Below are positions 1 to 12,771 of a stretch of DNA of 64,000 bases, piece after piece. Where the stretch lies: the NCBI GenBank assembly GCA_958009085.1, contig OY253687.1, positions 1 through 64,000 on the forward strand, written 5' to 3'. A program made the position numbers and the translations under genes. Each line of letters starts with the position of its first letter. Position 1 is the stretch's first letter. The notes below the pieces were generated by a model that saw nothing but the letters and a program-made list of their open reading frames with translations, did no database searches and was not told the origin of the DNA. Origin of the DNA: Protoeuglena noctilucae. Taxonomy: Eukaryota.

Positions 1-1950
1 CCGTCCGGCGGCGCCGACGGCAGCGTGCGCATGTGGGCGCGTCGCGGGTGGCTGGGCGTGGGGGGCGGCTGGCGCGTGGCGTTCCTGGTGGAGCCTGGGC
101 CGTCGCCGGTGCTGGACGTCACGGTCAGCGGGGACGGGTCCGTGCTGGTGAGGGGACAGGGGGTGGTTGTTAGTGTTAGTGTCGTGTGTGCACCGTTCCG
201 CTTGTGTGTGTGCGTCTTGTCGTGCTGCACGCATGGACCCCGCCTCTCCTCTTCTCTCATCCCAAACCTACCCAAGCACCCCACCACCCCTCTCCCCCCC
301 AGGCCCACCTGCTCCTGTCCGGCTCCGTCATTGTTCACCGCTGGAAGGGCGGCTCCTTCCGCCTGTGGTCATCGACCGGCTGGGCCATGCGGGGCCTGCT
401 GCCATCGTCCATGTGGCAGGGCGCCAAGGCATACGAGCTGTCCATCGGCAGCCGGTCCGGCACCTGCCTGACGGTGTCGTCCGACGGCCGCATGCTGGTG
501 GCAGCCGGGAGCGTGTTTTCGACCGGTCACGCCGCGGGCACTCACGCGGACGCGGGGGCCACGGGCACGGCGCAGGTCTGGGACCTGGAGACGGGGGAGC
601 CGCTGAACCTGCCGGACGACACGGTGAGATGCGTGGGGGGGCGCATGGTGCATGGGAGAGTGGGATGCATGGTGCTTGGCGCACGAAGCACCACACACCA
701 TCACGCACCAGTCTTGTCGAGCTGTCCCAGCCCCCATCGGGTCCGCACTGATTGCGCAGTCTTATTGATATCACGATATCAACAACCCCCCCCCCCCCTT
801 TCAGGTGTGCGGCGACATGGTGACGGTGACGCGGGTGGACGCGGGGGGCGTGCTGCAGCGGTCGATGGCAGGGGTGGCGGCCACGGACATCCCCCTGGCA
901 TACTACGTGCTGTCGGTGCAGGGGCGCATCCTCAGGCTCAGCGTGCTGGCCATGGACAGGGAGAGGGGGGGGTGAGAGTGTGGCGGGGAGGGGTGGGGCA
1001 CTGTGCGTGTGATGCTGATGCACTACACGGTGTCACTGTAACACGGTTACCCCCCCCCCCCACTGCTGTCAACACTCTCTTACTGCCAACCCCACTCCCA
1101 CTGTCTCTCCCTGCACCCTTCTTGCTCCCCTCTGCACCCCCACCACGCAACCCCACCTCAACTTCAACCATCACCCCCACCACCCTCAGCTTCCAAGTGC
1201 ACGAGGAGGGCACGTGGATGTTCTTCTGCGGCGACCCCGTGTGGCGCACGGCAGCCGTGGCGTCCGCGTCCCCCCTGGTCGTGAGGGGCGTGGACTCGCA
1301 CCACGCCATACGCACGCTGCGGCTGCGGTCCACGCGGAGGGGGGAGACCACCGCGGGGAGGGAGGTGAGGGGGGGAAGGGGGTTATGCATGGTGGCGGGG
1401 CATGGTATGGTAATGGGGCATGCCGCGCTGTCTAACTGGGGTGGGGACAGTGCCGCACGTGACGGTGCGGGGTGTGCCAAACGCGCACTGGCACTCGCGT
1501 CGACCAACATTGACTCAACTCTTCATTAATGAACCTTCTCTTTCCTCCCCCCCAGGACTGGATCCGCTTCGGTGCTGTGCGCATCAACAACAGCGTCGAG
1601 GCGGCAATGGAGGGGGAGCGAGCGAGCGTGCGCGAGTGAGGGGCAGAACAGGGCGTGTGTTGTGTGTGGCCTCATCGCATGCCGCTGGCAGTGACAAACA
1701 ACTGGCAGTCACGAACCCCTCTCTCTCAACCATCTCTCTCCACAGGTCCGCCTCCTCGTCCGTCCCCAGGAAATCCGAGGACCCCTCGCGCCACGGCAGC
1801 CCTGATGCGTGGTCGTCCCGCGAGCTGTGGATGCTGTACTGGATGGCGGGGCTGAGCACGGCGGCGGTGGCGGCGGGGCTGCTGGCGGCGTGGCGGTTCC
1901 AGGTCATGCTGGACGCGCAGAGGGCGAGGATCGAGGGGAGGAGGGGGTGA
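1..1950 (+). CDS. 3' part of a WD40-repeat protein with a C-terminal transmembrane anchor (about 6 exons; 5' end lies outside the window)
   Basis: WD-like motifs SGGADGSVRMW, LTVSSDGRMLVAAG and AQVWDLETGE. Exons join through GT-AG introns. The last exon encodes hydrophobic LWMLYWMAGLSTAAVAAGLLAAW plus a basic tail, with TGA ending at 1950. Confidence 0.7.
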
Positions 1951-2422
1951 TGGGGAGAACCGGTGTAAGGGAGGGTGGGGTGGAAGTGACGAGGAGGGAG
2001 GGGGGAGTGGAGGGAGAGGGGAGGACAGCAGTGCGCCCGTAGCAACGTAGTGGGCCGTCCCGCGACTGCCGCGCACCTTTGCATACTAGTCCCTGTGCAT
2101 GCGTATGACCCATGACATGACCTGACAGCTGCGTTGTCAGTACTACGCCCTCGCTAGGGCGCCGCAGCCCATGCCACGCGTATGCGTCTGCATTTCCGCG
2201 CATGCTCTTTCGATTCTGGCGTCCCAGAGCGCTGCGCGGGGCGGGCTTTGAGAGCCTGCGCCTCGCCTGGCAGCGACATGCACCGACGCCTGCAGCCCCG
2301 TGCCCACGCATGCCACACGCGCGTTGAACCAGGCACGCTGCGACTGCATGCCAGCTAGCCACACCGTCACCCATTGCCGCGCCTGCCATGCTCAGCCACC
2401 CCCTCTTTATGCGACCGACCCC

Positions 2423-3239
2423 TCATGGCCCGGCCTGTCGTAGCGGCCCCCCCTCCCCCGCTTCGATGGCACAAACTTGGGCACATTCGCTCACGCAATA
2501 ACTACGCGACCGGAACCCTTCTTTAAACACCACCGGGTCCCACCGCGCAGACAGGGGTCCCAGCCCTGGCGCCCCCTCGCCCCCCCGCACGCACGTGGCG
2601 ACGCACTTGCGCGTGCATGCCTGGATTTCGCGGCCCCCGCGGCCCTCCATCAGCCGTCCGATGCCCCCAGGGACCTGCGGAGGCGACGCAGGGCACGAGC
2701 GGGCATCAGCTGCACCCTCCCGCAGCAGATGGTGCAAGTCATGCACCCGCACCCGCACCCAGGTGCAGCCACAGGTGCAGATCGGTGCAAATCGCACGAC
2801 TCGTACCCGCGGCGACTCGGGCTCGTCTGATGCAGATAGACTGTCGGGGAAACTGCGGATCACGGCGTCCTCCTCAGAGACGCGGCCCTGCAGAAAGGGG
2901 GCGGTCCCGGCGAGCGTCGCTGCCGCTGGCGCAAGTGTATTGGTCTGATCAAGACTTATCCACTATGCGCTTGCAATGCAGTCTCGCCTGCACCGCGAAG
3001 GTCTCGGCCCGCGCGGCTGTCGGGTGGAGAGCGAGGGACACGGCCACGGCAGCCAGCCACACGGGGACACTTACAGCGGCTCGGGAACACAGCGCGTGGC
3101 AGACGAATTCCGAATGCAATCGAATGGACGCTGACCGGGGCCAGCAGGGATGGGTCGGCGGCGCAAGAGACGCGATTGTCGCGTGGTGTTTGTGTAGCCC
3201 CGCCGGCCTCGGGCGCGCCGTGCAGGGCGCGATGGACAT
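2423..3239 (-). CDS. Small Cys-rich protein, probably thylakoid-lumen targeted (3 exons)
   Basis: Exon 1 (3239-2988, 84 codons) has a hydrophobic stretch with an A-x-A site (WLAAVAVSLALHPTAARA/ETF). GC-AG intron 2987-2888 is phase 0. Last exon reads CTRKCVATCVRGGEGAPGLGPL...VVFKEGFRSRSYCVSECAQVC, which I recall from uncharacterised land-plant plastid proteins. Confidence 0.7.
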
Positions 3240-3512
3240 CGCGACTGAACCTAGCTAGTCGCTTACGTGCAACAGCAAATCACTCTACGCGGCTCAACGA
3301 ACCAAGACGACACAGGGTCTCAGTGTCGCCCATCCTGCCGCGCGCAGGGAGTTTCGAGAAGAGCGAAGCGGTGACACGCACACCAGCAGAAGTGTTCCTT
3401 GTCGATGGTTCAATCGCCGGTCTGTTGCGGCTGAAGTGGCCTGTTCGTCATTCAAGACAGCACGAGGTACCCCGTCCCGTGCAGCACAACGGCTTGCTGC
3501 GCAGTCAGTAAG

Positions 3513-4300
3513 TCACTCGTACTGCCAGGCGTCCCAGGCACCGCCCAGGCCCATCCCTGCGCACTCCTTGCAGGGAATAGAGGTCTTTCCCCGGCACAGC
3601 CAGCAGGGGTAGTTCTCGGAGAAAATCTTGTCCGACACGTTGGGCGACATTATGAAGACCTCGTCGTCCGACTTGCGCTGGTCTGCGGGAATCGGAGACG
3701 GGCGGGTAGCCCAACGGTGGGACATGTGATGGGTGCTAAAGCAGGGTGAAGGAAGCAGTCCCAGTTGTCTCACCCTTGGCGTTGACGCCGGACCCGCTGC
3801 AGGCCGGGCACACGCGCTCTCCCGCCCCGCCGCACTCGGAGCATGCCCCGCCTGGCCCCGTCGGCACCTCCACCTCCTCCCCCGCGGCCATCTGCTTCTT
3901 CCGCGCAAGAAAGGCCTTCTGCAAAGACGCAACGCGGCACCGGGTGAGCGCTGCGACGCGACGCGCAGGTGAAATGAGACCGTTGAAGCAGCTATCAATC
4001 GTCGCCGGCCTCACCTGAGCGTCGGAGAGCTCAACATTCCCCTTCAAACCGTAGCGGGCCGTCTCGGGGTCCCTGCGGCGAGACGGGCGGAAATAGAGAC
4101 CGATGGAGGGCGCTGCGCGTGGCATGGTATGTACGTGCATCAACTCTTGCCTAAGCGCCCGGGCCGCGCCGCACAAGACGGAAGCTTGGGGACCCTCACC
4201 GGTGTACCGCCACAGTCACCCGCCGGGAAGCCCTCCCGGCGCCGGGGGTGCCTGGCTGCCACGCCAGCAGCACATGCTTGCCCAGGGCAGTCAGAGACAT
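3513..4300 (-). CDS. DnaJ-type zinc-finger protein without J domain, plastid transit peptide (4 exons)
   Basis: CxxCxGxG-type motifs CSECGGAG, CPACSGSG, CWLCRGKT (degenerate) and CKECAGMG. N-terminus MSLTALGKHVLLAWQPGTPGAGRASRRVTVAVHR looks like a transit peptide. TGA at 3513-3515. Confidence 0.8.
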
Positions 4301-4591
4301 GCCTCAGCAGCGAGTGTGGCGCACGGCAGGTGCGAAGAAATGTGGATGGCGACGATGTGGTGCGAGCCAGCCGTGCAGGTGGGGCGATCTCCACGTGGTG
4401 CAGCTCACTCGCAGACGTGCCGCCGAGGAACGCCTGAAATCCGGCCCCCTTAGCTTGCCAGACCACGCTGATCTGGCGTGCGAGCGGCAACCCGCGAGGT
4501 CCACGTTGGGTCTGGATGCGCTGTTGACTCGCCAGTGACCACGGTATCGCTTATGCATAGTCCCTTCGTCGAACGAGCGGTGCGACCAGAC

Positions 4592-7500
4592 ATGCAGGAG
4601 AGTGTCCAGGCTGCCCCCTCCCGCGGGGCCAGCCTGAGGGTCCGGCCGGATGGGGTGGCGATTATCACGCTCTCGAACGGGCCCATGAACGCCCTGCATC
4701 CCGACGGTGAGGTCTTGCGGGTCGCGAGGCCGGCTCTGGTGCTTTAGCTGGGCCCTCTGGCCCGCTGCGCGGACGACCGCGCGGTGCGCGTCCGCTCCCT
4801 AGCCGAGCGCTCGTGATGTCGTTTCCGGAACGCGCTGTCGGATTTTCCAGCACTGTGGCTCCCCGCGCGCGGCGCTGTCGTACTCGGCAAGGCCGTTGGC
4901 GACAGCCACGCCCTCTCCGGAGGCGACCGCGCCGTCCGTGGTTGATTTTCGGATCAAAAAAGCGAAGGGCTGAAAGTTACTGCGATTGATGCTTTCCCTG
5001 GCGCGCGGTGGGTTCCGGAATTCCCAGCTGGGGAGGGCTCGCGAGTTCCGCGTGTCCGGCGCTTCCCGCGCGCCTGTGGTTACGAAACCACCTAGATCGG
5101 GATGCGAGCATGCATGAGCGCCCGCCGCACCGGCGCACCATTCAGCGGAGGGGACGCGCGAGCCCGTGCAGCCCTCGCGGGCCGGGCGAGCCCTCCGGCC
5201 CTCCCATCGCCTCCTGGCGCCGTCATCCCGGGATCCTCCTGTCGCGCAGTGCTTGGTGGTCTTTTCCGCAACCTGGAGGAGGCCCACCGCCGCGCGGACG
5301 TCAAGGCCATCGTCGTCACGGGCGCTGGTCAAAACTTTAGGTGAGCACCGGCCCCGCCTCGCCGGCGCCGCCGTCTCACATCCAAAGCTCGACTCTCAAC
5401 CTGCCGCTTCTTTCCCTGCCCTCAGCGCGGGCTTCGACATCACCCTCTTCAAGGAGGGGTCCGGCAGCGGCGTGGACGGCATCTGGGTGAACCGGGAGCT
5501 GTGCCGGCTCGCCGAGGACGGGCCCAAGCCCGTGGTTGCCGCTATCCGGTGCGTTGGGCACCGTAGCAGAGTGACGCGGGCGCTGCTTGGCCCGAACAGC
5601 CACGGCCACGCGCACCCCCGCACGTCCACACCCGCAGGGGCTTATGCCTGGGCGGCGGTTGCGAGGTGGCCATTTCGTGCTGCGCCCGTGTGGGCACTCC
5701 CTGCACTCGCATCGGCCTCCCCGAGCTGCAGCTGGGCATCATCCCCGGCTTCGGGGGCACCCAGCGCCTGCCTCGCCTGGTGGGCGTGCAGCGCGCCCTG
5801 CCGATGATGCTCACCTCGCAGCCACTCCCCGGGTGAGACTGTCTCAAGAGCGGGAGTTGCAGAATCAGGCACTGCCACCGCTGTCACTGCCGTCGTGCTT
5901 GGACGCTCAATGGCCGTCACCGCCTGTGCTGGTGTGGTCACTGAAGCTGCACCGCTGCCCTCCCCCATTTGCAGCCCCGCGGCCCTCAAGGCGGGCCTCC
6001 TCGACGTCACGTGTTCCCCGTCGGAGCTGGAGGAGCGCGCGGCCCAGGTGGCCCTGGAGACGGCGGAGGGACGCCGCCCGCGCCTGCGCACCCTCAGCCG
6101 CACCGACCGCCTGGAGCCTTATGCGGACGCGCTGCGTGCGATCGAGGCCGCGCGGGTGGCCTCGCAGCGCCAGTCCCCCAACCTCACCCACCCGCTGCTG
6201 TGCCTGGACGCGGTGCGGCGCGCGGTGGAGGTGGGCGGGTGGGCGGGCGTGGCGTACGAGGGGGAAAAGTTCCTCGAGTGCCAGCGCCTGCCCACGCACG
6301 CGGGCCTCGTCCACATCTTCTTCGCCCAGCGCGCCACCAAGCGCGTGCGGGGCGTCACCGACCAGGGCCTCACCCCGAGGGGCTGTCGGTGCGTGGCGGT
6401 GGTGGGGTGCGGCCTCATGGGCAGCGGCATCGCCACGTCGCTGGCGCTGGCCGGGGTGCGCGTGCTGCTGAAGGAGATTAGCGAGCCGCTGCTGGCCGCG
6501 GGGGTGGGCCGCGTGAGGGACAACCTCGCCTCGCGCGTCAAGAAGGGGCGCATGGCCGAGGCCGACGCCAAGAAGGTCATGGGGCTGGTTGAGGTGAGGT
6601 AGTGCATGCGCATGATGAGATGCTTGGCTTCCCACCGCGTGCCTCTGCACCGCCACGTCACCCCACTCGTGCTCGACGGGTCATGCCACACATGTAAGCA
6701 CAACCCATGCACCCCTCTCCCCTCCCCTCTCTCCAGCCCGTGCTGGACTACTCCAAGTTTCGCGACGCCGACATGGCCATCGAGGCCGTCATCGAGAGCA
6801 TCCCGCTGAAGCAGAAGATCTTCGCCGACTTGGACCAGGCGTGCCGCCCCGACTGCGTGCTGGCCACCAACACCAGCACCATCGACATCACCCTCGTGGG
6901 GCAGAAGATCCGGGACCCCACGCGCATCGTGGGCGCGCACTTCTTCTCGCCCGCGCACATCATGCCGCTGCTGGAGATCGTGCGCGCCCCCGACACGCCG
7001 CCCCAGGTGACGACACGCGCAGCACATGGGGACAGGCACACGGGAGCAAGTGCATGCGTGGTGGTAGTGACTGATGATGTGAAAGAGCATGGGATGGGCA
7101 CTGTCACACAGCTGCAGACAGGCATGCGCACTGTGCCACCGCTTGCGTGTGACCCTGACCGCATCGTGACCGTGTCCACCCTGCTCCCCGTCCAGGTGGT
7201 GTTGGAGGTGATGGAGATGGCGTCCAAGATCCACAAGACTCCCGTGGTGGTGGGCAACTGCACGGGGTTCGCCGTCAACCGCGTCTTCTTCCCCTACACC
7301 ATGGCTGCCTGCATGCTGGTCGACGCGGGTGAGGGAGAGATGGGAGGGGTGTTGTGTGCATGCTGGTCGACGCGGGTGAGATGGAAGCAAGGGGTGGTGC
7401 ATGACATGACACGCCACACCATACCATCTCACTGCCCCGCTTGGCCCATCCATCTCCATCCCATCCCCACACTCGCACCCACCGCCTCACGCGCACCCCA

Positions 7501-8657
7501 TTCCCCCCCATCCCCCCAGGCCTGGACCCATGGTCGGTGGACGCGGCCGTGTGGCGCTTCGGCATGCCCATGGGCCCCTTCCGCCTCAGTGACTTGGTGG
7601 GGGGGGACATCGGACTGCACGTGGCGCAGAGCTACCTGGGGGCATTCCCCGACCGCGTCTACAAGGGGGCGCTCATCCCTCTCATGAACGAGGCCAAGCG
7701 ACTGGGGGAGAAGACGGGGGGAGGGTTCTACAAGTGAGATGGGGGGTGTGCATGTGCATGTGCATGGGACAGAGGGGGATGCACAACCTTAATGAGGTAA
7801 TGCGTGGGAGCGTAGCTCGTTGACAAAAGAGCAGTCAGATAAATGAATGACCCCACCCCAATACCCCGTCGTCCCCTCCCCCCCCCTCAGCTTCGGGGAG
7901 GGCCGCGGTGCCGGCAAGCCCGCGATCGCGGAGGTGTCGCCCCTTCTGGCCAAGAGCCGCGCCGCGTCGGGGCTGGAGGGCCGTGCCAGGTCCGCCGTGT
8001 CTGGCGCGGATGACGTGGTGGAGACGGTGCTGTTCCCGGTGGTGAACGAGGGGTGCAGGGTCATCGCGGAGGTGAGGGGGGGTTGACGTTGCGAGAGGCG
8101 ATTGCCTTCTCATGACTTCTGCCTCCCCACTCACGTCGCGCAACCACCCTCGCACCCCTCCACACCTTACCATCACCCTCGCACCACTACCCCCTCCCCC
8201 AACGCAGGGCATGGTGGACAAGCCCGCGGACCTGGACGTGGCGTGCGTGCTGGGCATGGGCTTCCCCTCCTACCGCGGCGGCCTCATTCACTGGGCAGAC
8301 CACGTGGGGGCAGCACGCATCGCGGCCAAGCTCAACAAGGCAAGGGGTGGTGTTGCGATGATCGCCGTGTTTGTCGATGCAGTCCTTGCATGTCGACAAT
8401 GGTGCTTACGTGCCATCCCCGTCTTGTCTGCCGTCATGCACTCGCGCACCCATCCATGTCCGCACCCCTCACGCTGCGCTCATCTGCCCGTGCCTCCCAC
8501 ATCACTCTCTCCCTCTCCATCCCCGCAGCTGGCCGAGGTGTTCCCCGAGCACGCCGGCTTCTTCCGCCCATGCGAGTACCTGGCCAGCGCGGCGCAGACG
8601 GGGAGGCCACTCTCGGCGGGGGCGGGGCAGGGGGCGGCACTCGCAGCGCGACTGTGA
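4592..8657 (+). CDS. Peroxisomal fatty-acid beta-oxidation multifunctional protein (enoyl-CoA hydratase / 3-hydroxyacyl-CoA dehydrogenase; AIM1/MFP2 family)
   Basis: Hydratase motifs [10 protein letters not shown] and [23 protein letters not shown]; Rossmann [46 protein letters not shown]-terminal PTS1 -ARL before the stop. Confidence 0.95.
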
Positions 8658-8892
8658 GCCACCACGCTCAGTGTCACGCGCAGCCACCGCTCATAGCATG
8701 CATGCTCGTCTTCAGCCTTTGAACTGCACTGCGCATTGCGGCATGGCCAGAGTGGGCAGGCAGGCACAGGGGCGGTCTGCCAAACGCGGCCACTGCTCTA
8801 GTGCACCATCATGACACGCGCAGCTGCCTTTGAAACCAGGCCGGTGCCATTCCCACCACTAGCCCAACTCCTACCCTTCACCATTGCCGCCC

Positions 8893-11544
8893 CTACTCGC
8901 TCTCGTACCCACGGTTGCCACGCCCAGAGAAGCCCCCCTGCCGACCCCGCGCCTCCCCCCAAGCGCCCCATCCCTGCTCGCGCTCGCGCCCGAACGGCGT
9001 GACCCTCGCTCCCCACCGCCCCCCCTCCGGCTTCCCAAACGCCCCCTCGCTCTTGGGCCCAGACCCGAACCCACCCCGGGACCCAAAGCCGCCCTTGCGC
9101 CTATCGCCAAATGCAGAAGAGCCACCCCCCCGGCCTCCGAACCCACCCCTCCCGCCAGCCCCTCCGAACCTCCTCTCTCCCCCGTACCCGCCCCTCTCCC
9201 GCTCCTCCCACGGCCGCCCGCCCCTCCCATCACGGCCATCCAGCGACACCTCGTCCGCCCCCAGCTCCGTGGGGCGCGTCACCGTCACGCCCCCCTCCCC
9301 CGCCGCCTCCGCCGCCGCCACCGCCGCCGCCTGCGCCTCTGGCATGTCCACGAGCGCCACGTCATCGCTGACCAGGTGCACGCGGCCCAGCACGTCCGCG
9401 GCCGAGTTGTGGCCACGCCGGCGCAGCCACCCCGCCACGGCGCCCACGGACCGCCCCGCCCCGCGCCCCTCCAGCCGCAGCGTCACGTGGCCCGGCTGCA
9501 TGCCCAGCAGTGACCGCACCCGGGGCAGCTCCCGCAGACCTGACATGGACGCCAGTGCGCGGCTCATCGCCTCCTCGGCGCCCATCGCGCGCACCGCCGC
9601 CTCCGCTTCCGCCCGGAACAGCGCCGCCACCTCCGCGGGGGCGTCCGACAGCCGCTGCCTCAGATCCTCTGCCGTGGCTGCCACCACGCGCGCGGGGTCG
9701 GGCGCCCCCACGGTCGCGTAGGGCGTGCCCGTCTCGCGCATCAGGCGGGCCACGGCGCCACGCTCGCGGGGGGTGTACATGACGATGGCTGCGGGGAGAG
9801 AGAGGGATGGGGCGTTGAGGCAGGGGAACAGACGCCGCGCCGAGACCGTGACGCTGTCCGCCGCCCATCGCCCCAACCGCAGCCGTGGCCCATGCATGCA
9901 GCGTCTGCATCACCCCCACCCGCTCACCCGTGCCCTTGTTCCCTGCCCGCCCCGTGCGCCCCGACCGGTGCAGGAACGTCTCCTGGTCCCCCGGCAGGTC
10001 ATAGTGCACCACCAGGTCGACGTGGGGGATGTCGAGGCCGCGGGCAGCCACGTCCGTCGCCACCAGCACGCGCGCCTGGCCGGACCGGAACGCCCCCAGC
10101 GCCTTCTCCCTCCCGGACTGGCTGATGTCGCCGTGTAGTGCCTCGCTGGGGTGCGTGCCCGCCACGGCCGCCGCCACCTCGTCCGCCTCGCGCTTGGTCT
10201 GGCAGAACACCACGGCCTTGCCACGGGGGGCGTAGACGCTGATGAGGTCGGGCAGCAGCGACCGCTTCTCCCCCGGGGGCACGGGTGCCGCCAGCACCGT
10301 CACCCCGTCCGCCACGCGCCCCGCCCCCTCCTCTCCCACCAGGTCCACGGTGGTGGGGCTGCGGAGGTACGTGGTCGCCAGGCGCCGCACCCACGCGGGC
10401 AGCGTGGCCGAGAAGAGCATCGTCTGCCGCCCCTCGGACGGCATGCGCTGCAGGATCCAGTCCATGTCGTCGCGGAACCCCATGTCCAGCATCATGTCGG
10501 ACTCGTCGAGCACCAGGAAGCCGCACTCGCGCAGGTTCAGCGCGCCGCGCTCCACCAGGTCCATCACGCGCCCGGGCGTGCCCACCACCAGGTCAGACCC
10601 ACGGCGCAGGGCCGCCACCTGCGGGCCGGTCGCGGCGCCGCCGTACACCGTCACGCACCGCGTGTGGGGCGCCGACTGCTCGATCTCCCGCTCCACCTGC
10701 GACGCCAGCTCCCGCGTCGGGCACAGCACCAGGCAGCGGGGAGCGTCCCCGGGGGACTGGCGGCCGGGGGGGCGCTCTGCGTGGGGAGAGGGAACGGGCG
10801 TGTCATGAGAGGCGGCAGACGGCAGCGGGACAAGCAGAGCAAGCAGCCACGCCGTGAGGGTGGGCATGCCATGCTGCGAGGGTCCGCGGGCGACCTGGCC
10901 GTGCGTGAGCGAAAGCGGGGCAGGTCGCTTGCCATGTTCCCGCCCCTCACCCTTGAGCAGCTTCTCGAGGATGGGGATGGCGAACGCGAGGGTCTTGCCC
11001 GACCCCGTCTTGGCCCGTGCCACGATGTCGCGTCCCTCGAGCGCGGGGGCCAGGCACGCGGCCTGGATGGGGAAGAGGCGCGTGATGCCACGCGAGCGCA
11101 GGGCCTTGACCGTCACCTCCGACAGCGCCGCCTCCTCCAGGGGCCGCGAGTCGTCGTCGGCATCGGCATCGCCCGTTGCGACAGCTGGGGATGGGAGGGC
11201 GAGGGCGTGCGTGAGCATCCCGCGTCGGGGGCGACCGAGCAGCCTGCGCGCTCGCAGATCGCGGACTCACGCACAGCGCTGAGGGAGCGTTGGAACGTCG
11301 AGCTCAGGCGGGAGGTCGCGGGGGTCGCGACGTGAGTCAGCAGCCACTCGGGGGCGGGTCGTCCGGCAAGGGCCCGAAGGGAGGGAGCGGCGGCCTGAGA
11401 GAAACGCAAAAGTATATGTTTGACAGTCAGAGCGAGGAAGGGACGCACGAGGACAGCGCTGGCGCGCGCGACGGGCCTTGCCTGGGTGCCCCGCCAGAGA
11501 TGCAGCGCGGCGCCCCACAAGAGACGCGAGCGGGAGCGCCCCAT
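8893..11544 (-). CDS. Organellar DEAD-box RNA helicase (RH3/RH9/RH53-like) with GUCT-like region and RGG tail
   Basis: Q motif LFPIQ, AKTGSGKT, PTRELA, GTPGR, DESD, FSAT, LVATDVAARGLD, HRSGRTGRAG; Gly/Arg/Phe-rich tail. Start codon uncertain. Confidence 0.92.
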
Positions 11545-12079
11545 GACGGATGGAATACTAGCACGAAGAAGAGGTCACTGACGACGCGAGACGCGGGGAG
11601 GCCTGCGCGGGCGAGCGCGAGAGGGATTGGTTTCCGGGGCGAACACTCGCACCTGCCCGCGTGTCCCCGGGCCGCGGATCATCATGGCGCTGCTGCCATG
11701 CTCTGCACGCGGATATGTTCTAGCGCCGCACGCCGTACGAGCTCACCTCGGCTCGCGCCACGACGCGGGGGGCTCCAGCAGCCACGAGTGCACAGCGGGC
11801 GGAGATCGCGGATACCAGGTCTCGCCGTTGCGTGCGACGGGTGTGCAGAGATAGCAGCGTATGAACAGTGGCCGCGCTCAGTTGATGGGGGCGCTGTGTA
11901 AATCCCCACACGCCTGGGGAGCGCCCCAGCGCCAGTGTCGCAATTTCGATGAAATGCAGCCAAAGGTGCGGGCCTGGATCATCGCTGGAGGTGGCGCAGT
12001 GGTCCGGCACCCGTGGACCCGCCCTCGCCGCTCGGGTCGAGCGGACGGCCGCGCACGTGGCAGCGGGCGCGGCCGCAAG

Positions 12080-12259
12080 ATGCCCACGGTCGTCTTGTAC
12101 GACGACGCGGAAGCAGGGATAGCGACTTCTGAGTCACACGCCGGGTTCCGTGGCAAACGCGGCGACGGGGCGCCAGGGAAGGCGCCCCTGGTGTGGGGCC
12201 TCTTCCGCCCCCCGGAGCACCGCTTCTCCCTCTCCTTCTTCCTCACCCTGCGGGGCCAG
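12080..12259 (+). CDS. Probable first exon of an unknown gene; the rest is missing at the telomeric array/gap
   Basis: 60 codons with GC3-rich coding-like usage (MPTVVLYDDAE...LVWGLFRPPEHRFSLSFFLTLRGQ), ending in a CAG|GCGAGT donor like other GC donors here. Head-to-head with the helicase. Confidence 0.45.
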
Positions 12260-12299
12260 GCGAGTGCTGAGGATGAGCATGGATGCGGTACGCTCGAAA

Positions 12300-12571
12300 G
12301 GTTAGGGTTAGGTTAGGTTAGGCAGGTAGGTTAGGGTCAGGGTTAGGATTAGGTTAGGATTAGGGTCAGGGCAGGGTTAGGGTTTGGGTTAGGGTAGGGT
12401 TAGGGTAGGGTTAGGGTTAGGGTTAGGGTTAGGGTTAGGGTTAGGGTTAGGGTTAGGGTTAGGGTTAGGGTTAGGGTTAGGGTTAGGGTTAGGGTTAGGG
12501 TTAGGGTTAGGGTTAGGGTTAGGGTTAGGGTTAGGGTTAGGGTTAGGGTTAGGGTTAGGGTTAGGGTAGGG
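12300..12571 (+). repeat. Telomeric (TTAGGG)n array with degenerate proximal units
   Basis: Variant units (TTAGG, TCAGGG, TTAGGA, GTAGGG, TTTGGG) to about 12410, then pure TTAGGG up to the N gap. The G-rich strand points toward the contig end. Confidence 0.95.
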
Positions 12572-12771
12572 NNNNNNNNNNNNNNNNNNNNNNNNNNNNN
12601 NNNNNNNNNNNNNNNNNNNNNNNNNNNNNNNNNNNNNNNNNNNNNNNNNNNNNNNNNNNNNNNNNNNNNNNNNNNNNNNNNNNNNNNNNNNNNNNNNNNN
12701 NNNNNNNNNNNNNNNNNNNNNNNNNNNNNNNNNNNNNNNNNNNNNNNNNNNNNNNNNNNNNNNNNNNNNNN
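12572..12771. other. Assembly gap (200 N)
   Basis: Run of 200 N; same length as the second gap, so probably a scaffolding placeholder. Confidence 0.98.
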
